Part shown: piece after piece, positions 46,531 through 52,243 of the stretch
How the letters are laid out: the number at the start of each line of letters is the position of its first letter
How positions within the stretch are numbered: the first letter of the stretch is position 1
Source of the DNA: Betaproteobacteria bacterium
GTDB lineage: Bacteria; Pseudomonadota; Gammaproteobacteria; Burkholderiales; SG8-39
DNA: 52,243 nt
Direction of reading: 5' to 3'
Assembly (NCBI GenBank): GCA_005883675.1
Contig: VBCM01000106.1
Location: 358 to 52,600, forward strand
Notes under the pieces: model-generated
Databases searched by the model: none
What the model saw: the letters and a program-made list of their open reading frames with translations, nothing else
What the model was told of the DNA's origin: nothing
Position numbers and translations under genes: made by a program

Positions 46531-47540
46531 GGCTGCCGCCGGGGCCGGTCGTGGTGGACGTGCTCGGCGCCACGCTTACCGACGAAGACCGCAGCCGCAT
46601 CCGGCACCCGGCGGCGGGCGCGGTGATCCTCTTCGCGCGCAACTACGAAAATCCCGAGCAGCTCGCGCAGCTCACCGCCGAGATCGAGCGGCAGCGCGAG
46701 CCGGCGCTGCCAATTTGCGTGGACCACGAAGGTGGGCGCGTGCAGCGCTTCCGCGAGGGCTTTACGGCCATTCCGCCGATGCGCCTGCTCGGCAAGCTCT
46801 GGGACCGCGACCGCGATGCGGGGAAAGAGGCCGCGGCGTCGGTCGGCTACATCATCGCCGCCGAGCTCGGCGCCCACGGCGTGGACTTCAGCTTTGCGCC
46901 GGTGCTCGATCTCGACTACGGCGGGAGCTCAGTGATCGGCGATCGCGCGCTGCACTTCGATCCCACCGCGGTGGGCGCGCTCGGCGCCTGCCTCGTGCGG
47001 GGCCTGGCGCAGGGCGGCGTGGCCGCCGTCGCGAAGCACTTTCCCGGGCATGGATACGCCGAGGCCGATTCGCACGTCGCGGTGCCGCGCGACGGGCGCA
47101 CGTTCAAGGAGATCGCGCGCAAGGACATCGCGCCTTACAAGCAGGTGATCGAAGCCGGACTCGCGGCAGTCATGCCGGCGCACGTGATCTACAGCGAAGT
47201 GGATTCCCAGCCGGCCGGCTACTCGCGCCGCTGGCTCGAGGAGGTACTGCGCAAGCAGCTCGGCTTTCAGGGCCTCGTATTCAGCGACGACCTGTCGATG
47301 GAGGGCGCCGCGGTTGCCGGCGGGCCGCCCGAGCGCTCGCGCGCCGCGCTCGCCGCGGGCTGCGACCTGGTCCTGCTATGCAATAACCCGGCAGGGCTCG
47401 ACGAGCTGCTCGAGTCGCTCAAGGACCTGCAGCTGGCAAAGCCGGAGCGGCTCGAGCGGATGAAGAAGCAGGGCGGTCGCGATCTGCGGAAGAGCGTCGC
47501 CTATCGCGAGGCGCAGGAGACGCTGCGGATAGTTGCATAA
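46518..47540 (+). CDS. nagZ: beta-N-acetylhexosaminidase NagZ
   Basis: VDHEGGRVQRF and KHFPGHG motifs. Confidence 0.9.
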   Translation: MRKVRLPPGPVVVDVLGATLTDEDRSRIRHPAAGAVILFARNYENPEQLAQLTAEIERQREPALPICVDHEGGRVQRFREGFTAIPPMRLLGKLWDRDRDAGKEAAASVGYIIAAELGAHGVDFSFAPVLDLDYGGSSVIGDRALHFDPTAVGALGACLVRGLAQGGVAAVAKHFPGHGYAEADSHVAVPRDGRTFKEIARKDIAPYKQVIEAGLAAVMPAHVIYSEVDSQPAGYSRRWLEEVLRKQLGFQGLVFSDDLSMEGAAVAGGPPERSRAALAAGCDLVLLCNNPAGLDELLESLKDLQLAKPERLERMKKQGGRDLRKSVAYREAQETLRIVA

Positions 47541-47545
47541 AAGAT

Positions 47546-48427
47546 CTACGCGCGCTCCGTCCTCAGAATGAGCACGTTGCCGGCGACGGAGACGCCGATG
47601 CCGAGCCATGTCAGCGCGTGGAAACGAAAGCCTTCGAACGCCGCAGACAGGAGCAGGGCGACGATCGGCACCATGACGCCGATATAGCCCGCCCGCGCGG
47701 CGCCGATGCGCTTGAGTAGCGTCAGATAGCTCGCAAACGCGGCAATCGAGCCGAGCATTGCCAGATAGCCGAGCGAGAGCATATAGGCCGGCGTGGTCTC
47801 GAACGCGAGCGCCTTGCCAGTCGCCAGGCCGATTGCCAGCACGCTCAGGGCGCCGTAGAGCATGCCCCAGGCCATGCCTTGCCACAGCGGCACGCCGGAG
47901 CGCTGGTTGCGGTACGCGACCATGGTGCCAAGCGCCGCGATCAGCACGCTGATCGCGGTGAAGAGCGCGCCCTTTGCGGTCGCCGCGCTGCCCTGTAGCC
48001 GTGCGAGCTCGGGGTAGAAGACGATAACGATGCCGGCGACCCCGAGGATAGACGCCACCGCGACGCGGCGTGTCATCGGCGTTCTGAAGAAGAGCCGCAT
48101 GCCGAGCATGCCTAGGAGCGGGCTCGCCGAATAGCCGACCGCGACCAGCCCCGAGACCACGTGCTGCTCGGCGTAGTAGACGAAGACATAGCCGACACCG
48201 AAGCTGCCAGCGCCGAATAGGGCGAGCCAGACGTGCTCGCGCGGGCTGAAGCGAAGCGGCAGCCGGCGTACAGCGCACCAGGCGAAGAGGAGGACGGAGG
48301 CGAGCAGGAAGCGGTACGAGACGCTCAGTTCGGGCGCCACCGCGCCGAGCTGGAACGTGATCGCGATCCAGGTGGTGCTCCAGATCGCGACGCAGGCCGC
48401 GAAATACTGGAGTTCCGCTACGCGTGG
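47546..48427 (-). CDS. EamA/DMT-family transporter, start codon missing (conserved TM1 abuts the efp stop)
   Basis: Ten-TM-like profile beginning ...PRVAELQYFAACVAIWSTTWIAITFQLG. The 467-aa track ORF is this gene fused to antisense efp. Confidence 0.7.
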   Translation of the reverse strand, partial: PRVAELQYFAACVAIWSTTWIAITFQLGAVAPELSVSYRFLLASVLLFAWCAVRRLPLRFSPREHVWLALFGAGSFGVGYVFVYYAEQHVVSGLVAVGYSASPLLGMLGMRLFFRTPMTRRVAVASILGVAGIVIVFYPELARLQGSAATAKGALFTAISVLIAALGTMVAYRNQRSGVPLWQGMAWGMLYGALSVLAIGLATGKALAFETTPAYMLSLGYLAMLGSIAAFASYLTLLKRIGAARAGYIGVMVPIVALLLSAAFEGFRFHALTWLGIGVSVAGNVLILRTERA

Positions 48428-48429
48428 AG

Positions 48430-48996
48430 CTACGCGCGCTCCATGTAGGTGCCTTCGGCGGTGTCGATCTTGATCTTCTCGCCGGTGGTGACGAACGGCG
48501 GTACTTGCACTGTGATCCCGGTCTCCAGCTTCGCCGGCTTGAAGGAAGTGGTGGCGGTGGAGTGCTTGATGCCCGGCTCGGTGTCGACGACGGTGAGCAC
48601 GACGGAGGGCGGCAGCTCCACGCCGATCGGGCGGCCGTTGTAAAAATTGATCTGCACATCCGTGTTGGGCAGGAGATAGCCGGCCTGGCCTTCGAGGAAC
48701 TCGGCGGGCAGCGAGAGCTGCTCGTAGTTCTCCTTGTCCATGAAGACGTACATGTCGCCGTCCTGGTAGAGATACTGCATGTCGCGCGGGTCGACGAAGG
48801 CGCGCTCGATCTTGTCCTCGGTGCGGAAGCGCTGGTTGGTCTTGGTGCCGGCCTCGATGTCCTTCATCTCGACCTGCATGAACGCGCCGCCGCGCCCGCC
48901 GACGTGCACGTGATAGCTCTTCAGCACGCGCCAGACGCGCTTGTCCCACTCGAGGAGATTGCCGGGACGGATCTCGACTGCTTCTACCTTGGCCAT
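48430..48996 (-). CDS. efp: elongation factor P family protein with an Arg-tipped extended loop (EF-P/EfpL-like)
   Basis: 188 aa with YVFMDKENYEQL, GIKHSTATTSFKPAKLETG and GEKIKIDTAEGTYMERA. The loop reads HVGGRGGAF. Confidence 0.88.
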   Translation of the reverse strand: MAKVEAVEIRPGNLLEWDKRVWRVLKSYHVHVGGRGGAFMQVEMKDIEAGTKTNQRFRTEDKIERAFVDPRDMQYLYQDGDMYVFMDKENYEQLSLPAEFLEGQAGYLLPNTDVQINFYNGRPIGVELPPSVVLTVVDTEPGIKHSTATTSFKPAKLETGITVQVPPFVTTGEKIKIDTAEGTYMERA

Positions 48997-49055
48997 GGTT
49001 GCTTTTGCCGCTCGGAAAAAGGGCGAAATTCTACACGTTTTATAATGGATTCATC

Positions 49056-50834
49056 GTGTTCGAAGCAAAGTCCTTCGTCGCCGGGCTGCCGAACCTGCCC
49101 GGCGTCTACCGCATGCTGGGCAAAGACGGCGAGGCGCTTTACGTCGGCAAGGCGCGCGATCTCAAGAAGCGCGTGGCATCCTACTTCACGAAGCAGGCGC
49201 AGAGCCCGCGCATCGAGATGATGCTCTCGCAGGTCGCCTTGATGGAGGTCACCGCGACGCGCTCCGAAGGCGAGGCGCTGCTCTTGGAAAACAATCTGAT
49301 CAAGAGCCTGGCGCCGCGCTACAACATCCTCTTTCGCGACGACAAGTCCTACCCGTACCTGATGATCACCGGACACGAGTACCCGCGCCTCGGATTTCAT
49401 CGCGGTGCGCGAGACCGCAAGCATCGCTACTTCGGTCCGTTTCCGCACGCTTACGCGGTGCGCGAAAGCATCCAGCTACTGCAACGCGTGTTCCGGCTGC
49501 GGACCTGCGAGGACACGGTGTTCGAGAACCGCTCGCGACCCTGCCTGCTGCACCAGATCCACCGCTGCACCGCGCCGTGCGTGGGAAAGATCGCGCCGCA
49601 GGTCTATGCCGAGGATGTGGCGAACGCGGTGCTATTCCTGGAAGGGCGGGAGGACGACGTCATCAGGGGACTCACCGAGCGCATGCAGCGCGCGGCCGAC
49701 GAGCGCCATTACGAGCAGGCGGCGATCTACCGCGACCAGGTCCGCGCGCTCGCGCGCGTGCAGGCGCGCCAGTACGTCGAGTCGCATCGCGGCGTCGATG
49801 CCGACGTGGTGGCCTGCGTCATCGAGGGCGGCATCGCCTGCGTCAACCTGGTGATGATCAGGGCAGGGCGCCATGTGGGCGATCGCAGCTTCTTCCCCGC
49901 CAATGCGGAGGGCGCGGAGCCGGCCGAGGTGGTCGCCGCGTTCCTCGAGCAGCACTACCTCGAGCAACCGCTGCCGGGGCTCGTGATCGCGAGCGAGCCC
50001 GTCGAGCTGGAAAACGCGCACGTCGTCACACCGGCCCACGGTGAGCGCAAGGTGTGGCTCGACATGGCGCGCAAGAACGCCGAGCTCGCGATCGCGCAGC
50101 GCGTGCGCGACCGCACGACGCAGGAGACGCGCCTGCAGGCGCTGCGCGAAGCGCTGGGATTGCCCGAAGGCGCCGGGCGCATTGAATGCTTCGACATCAG
50201 CCATACGATGGGCGAGGCGACGGTCGCCTCGTGCGTGGTGTACGACCGTCAGCAGATGCAGAAGTCCGAATACCGGCGCTTCAACATCCGCGGCGTCACG
50301 CCGGGCGACGACTATGGCGCGATGCGCCAGGTCCTCGAGCGCCGCTACGAGCGCGTCACCGCGGAAAGCGGCAAGGTGCCGGATCTCGTGCTGATCGACG
50401 GCGGCAAAGGGCAGGTGAGCGTGGCGCGCAGCGTGCTCGCCGATCTCGGCCTGCACCAGCTTTGCGTGGTGGGCGTGGCCAAGGGACCCGAACGTAAGCC
50501 GGGAATGGAGGAGCTGATCATCGAGTCGGAATCGCGCAGCCTGCAGCTCGCGCCATCGCATCCCGGCTTGCACCTCATCCAGGCGATCCGCGACGAGGCG
50601 CATCGCTTCGCCGTGGTGGGACACCGCGCGCGCCGCGGCAAGAGCCGCACCACGTCGATGCTCAACGAGATCCCGGGCATCGGCGCGAAGCGCCGCCAGG
50701 CGCTGATCGAGCACTTCGGCGGACTGCGCGGTGTGCAGGCCGCGGCGATCGACGACATCGCCAAGGTCGAAGGCATTAGCCGGCCGCTCGCCGAGCGCAT
50801 CTACCGCCACCTGCACGATAGCGCCGCCGCATGA
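49056..50834 (+). CDS. uvrC: excinuclease ABC subunit C
   Basis: GIY-YIG domain (PGVYRMLGKDGEALYVGKA...), UVR domain, ECFDISHTMGE, and a C-terminal HhH (IPGIGAKRRQALIEHFG). The GTG start was chosen by N-terminal conservation. Confidence 0.92.
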   Translation: MFEAKSFVAGLPNLPGVYRMLGKDGEALYVGKARDLKKRVASYFTKQAQSPRIEMMLSQVALMEVTATRSEGEALLLENNLIKSLAPRYNILFRDDKSYPYLMITGHEYPRLGFHRGARDRKHRYFGPFPHAYAVRESIQLLQRVFRLRTCEDTVFENRSRPCLLHQIHRCTAPCVGKIAPQVYAEDVANAVLFLEGREDDVIRGLTERMQRAADERHYEQAAIYRDQVRALARVQARQYVESHRGVDADVVACVIEGGIACVNLVMIRAGRHVGDRSFFPANAEGAEPAEVVAAFLEQHYLEQPLPGLVIASEPVELENAHVVTPAHGERKVWLDMARKNAELAIAQRVRDRTTQETRLQALREALGLPEGAGRIECFDISHTMGEATVASCVVYDRQQMQKSEYRRFNIRGVTPGDDYGAMRQVLERRYERVTAESGKVPDLVLIDGGKGQVSVARSVLADLGLHQLCVVGVAKGPERKPGMEELIIESESRSLQLAPSHPGLHLIQAIRDEAHRFAVVGHRARRGKSRTTSMLNEIPGIGAKRRQALIEHFGGLRGVQAAAIDDIAKVEGISRPLAERIYRHLHDSAAA

Positions 50835-51436
50835 TCGTGCTCAACATCCCCAACCTGATCACGCTGTCGCGCATCGTGCTGATCCCGCTCCTCATCGGCA
50901 TCTACTATCTGCCGGCCGAATGGCTCACAGACGGCGAGAAAGACGTGATCGCGACGGGCATCTTCATCCTGGCGGGCATCACCGACTGGCTCGACGGCTA
51001 CCTGGCGCGGCGCCTGAACCAGATGTCGGCGTTCGGCGCCTTCCTCGACCCGGTCGCCGACAAACTGATGATCGCCGCGGCGCTGATCGTGCTGGTCTGG
51101 CTTCAGCGCGTGGATGCGATCATCGCCGTGGTCATCATCGGACGCGAGATCGCCGTTTCAGCGATGCGCGAATGGATGGCGAAGATCGGCCAGTCGAAAA
51201 GCGTCGCGGTAAACTTCCTCGGCAAGATAAAAACGATTTCGCAGATGATCGCCGTGCCGCTGCTGCTCTACAACGAGCGGATCGGCGTGCTCAGTCCCCA
51301 GCGCGTCGGCACCTGGCTCATCTACCTTGCCGCGATACTGACCCTGGTTTCGATGTTCTACTATCTGAAACTCGCCGCGGCGCCGCGTGCAGAAGGAGAT
51401 CGCCGCCGGCTTGACCGCAGGGGGATCGGTCCGTAG
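50831..51436 (+). CDS. pgsA: CDP-diacylglycerol--glycerol-3-phosphate 3-phosphatidyltransferase
   Basis: DWLDGYLAR...GAFLDPVADK motif. ATGA overlap with uvrC. Confidence 0.92.
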   Translation: MIVLNIPNLITLSRIVLIPLLIGIYYLPAEWLTDGEKDVIATGIFILAGITDWLDGYLARRLNQMSAFGAFLDPVADKLMIAAALIVLVWLQRVDAIIAVVIIGREIAVSAMREWMAKIGQSKSVAVNFLGKIKTISQMIAVPLLLYNERIGVLSPQRVGTWLIYLAAILTLVSMFYYLKLAAAPRAEGDRRRLDRRGIGP

Positions 51437-51453
51437 AATTTCCGCCTGCTCTC

Positions 51454-51529
51454 GCGGGAGTAGCTCAGTTGGTAGAGCGTAACCTTGCCAAGGTTAAGGT
51501 CGCGAGTTCGAGACTCGTCTCCCGCTCCA
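51454..51529 (+). tRNA. tRNA-Gly (GCC)
   Basis: Folded by hand: acceptor stem GCGGGAG/CTCCCGC, anticodon loop TTGCCAA, T-loop TTCGAGA, and an encoded CCA. Confidence 0.93.
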
Positions 51530-51586
51530 GAATTCCGAGGAACAGCCCGTTTCGATATCCTTCGCTGTTCCTGGCCTCAGGCATAC

Positions 51587-51657
51587 GGCGGGGTGGCAGA
51601 GTGGTCATGCAGCGGCCTGCAAAGCCGTGGACGCCGGTTCGATTCCGACCCCCGCCT
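51587..51657 (+). tRNA. tRNA-Cys (GCA)
   Basis: Acceptor stem GGCGGGG/CCCCGCC, anticodon loop CTGCAAA, T-loop TTCGATT and discriminator U. CCA is not encoded, and there is one C-A mismatch in the T stem. Confidence 0.85.
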
Positions 51658-51868
51658 CGGCTTTTCAACTTGGTTTTCTTTCGGGCGGAGCATGGAAGTC
51701 CACGAAAGTCCAAGATATCACCCTTCCACGGCGGTAACACCGGTTCGCATCCCCTTTGGGGACGCAAGTTTAATCAACAGGTTAGCAACGAACAACGACT
51801 CCGTTGCATCCGCCGTGTCGCGGCCGGCGCCGCACGTTCTGAAGTGCAATTCTGTCACCCGGAACGGC

Positions 51869-52243
51869 TCAGAAGGCGTTCTGCTTTTTGAGCAAGACAA
51901 AGATCGTCTTCACCACTATCTGCAAATCGAGCTGCAGAGACCAATTTCTCAGGTAATCGAGATCATGCTCGATGCGCGACCTTGTGCCGGATCATGTAGC
52001 CCTTGATCAACCGGCGGTACATCTCGTTGTGCGCCACCGCGTGGGGGCGCGGGCCGACGACGCTCATGCGGCCCTGCAGCACGTTGAAAAACTGCGGCAG
52101 CTCGTCGAGCGAGTACTGCCGCAGAAGTGCGCCGAGACGGGTTACGCGCCGGTCGTTGCGCGTGGCCTGCTTGATTACATTTCCGTCGTCGAGCACGGTC
52201 ATCGTGCGGAACTTGTAGATGACTATCTCCTTGCCGTCGAGTC
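51869..52243 (-). pseudogene. polyprenyl-phosphate sugar phosphotransferase (Bac_transf / WbaP-like), internal deletion plus frameshift; 5' end outside window
   Basis: ...[18 protein letters not shown]...[32 protein letters not shown]...RHKV runs into a stop. The conserved tail (R)[34 protein letters not shown] is in the next frame. Confidence 0.8.

Noticed and set aside
47546-48949. 467-aa ORF suggesting a large fusion protein upstream of the DMT transporter.
   Set aside because: Only the C-terminal ~294 residues are transporter-like. The N-terminal ~170 residues are the Arg/His-rich antisense of the well-supported efp gene.
51700-51770. Possible third tRNA gene downstream of tRNA-Cys (GGTTCGCATCC T-loop-like sequence).
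   Set aside because: I cannot form a T stem (ACCGG vs CCCCT), an acceptor stem or an anticodon arm. At best it is a decayed fragment, and it is mentioned in a finding rather than called as a gene.
1-52243. Mobile elements, integrases, restriction-modification, toxin-antitoxin, CRISPR-Cas, retron/DGR reverse transcriptases or other defence systems.
   Set aside because: I went through every ORF of 60 aa or more on both strands and the larger spacers. None shows transposase, integrase, RT, nuclease-helicase or Cas-like motifs, and I noticed no terminal inverted repeats or direct-repeat arrays.

Overview
High-GC (about 68-70% by eye) chromosomal segment with the conserved gene order of Betaproteobacteria, most like Burkholderiales. 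The left third (1-22.3 kb) holds accessory and metabolic genes: two Bug/TctC binding proteins, a TPP enzyme, a class II aldolase, an MFS transporter, two LysR regulators, a TAXI binding protein, GST, tyrB and uvrB. The rest is a housekeeping backbone: rne / rluC-HAD-Rieske-sppA / maf / yceD-rpmF-plsX-fabH-fabD-fabG-acpP-fabF-(ygfX-like)-rpoE-rseA-rseB-degP-grx-lepA-lepB-DUF4845-rnc-era-recO-pdxJ-acpS-nagZ / DMT-efp / uvrC-pgsA-tRNA-Gly-tRNA-Cys, followed by the 3' end of a polysaccharide sugar-transferase gene. I found no CRISPR array, IS element, integrase, prophage or recognisable defence system. The most striking signal is structural. At least eleven conserved genes appear to have lost short blocks of sequence. 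Three are in-frame internal losses of about 21-25 codons (uvrB, HAD hydrolase, class II aldolase). Two are frameshifting internal losses (LMW-PTP, sugar transferase). One gene has a replaced 3' end (tyrB). Five genes begin their conserved N-terminus 0-8 nt (rnc, efp->DMT, rpmF->plsX, degP->grx) or 34 nt (divergent Bug) from the neighbouring gene with no usable start codon (Bug, plsX, grx-like, rnc, DMT). Spacers between divergent genes are also implausibly short (5-59 bp), and about 16 gene pairs overlap by 4 nt at stop/start. This is either a sequence or assembly artifact, or unusually active deletional decay; I cannot decide between them without reads or a reference. Secondary points of interest are a Shine-Dalgarno-sequestering palindrome in the rne leader, an EF-P with an extended Arg-tipped loop, a pseudo-cyclase/FHA protein with a divergent HTH regulator, a roughly 45% serine lipoprotein, and a lower-GC Bug-LysR two-gene cassette.
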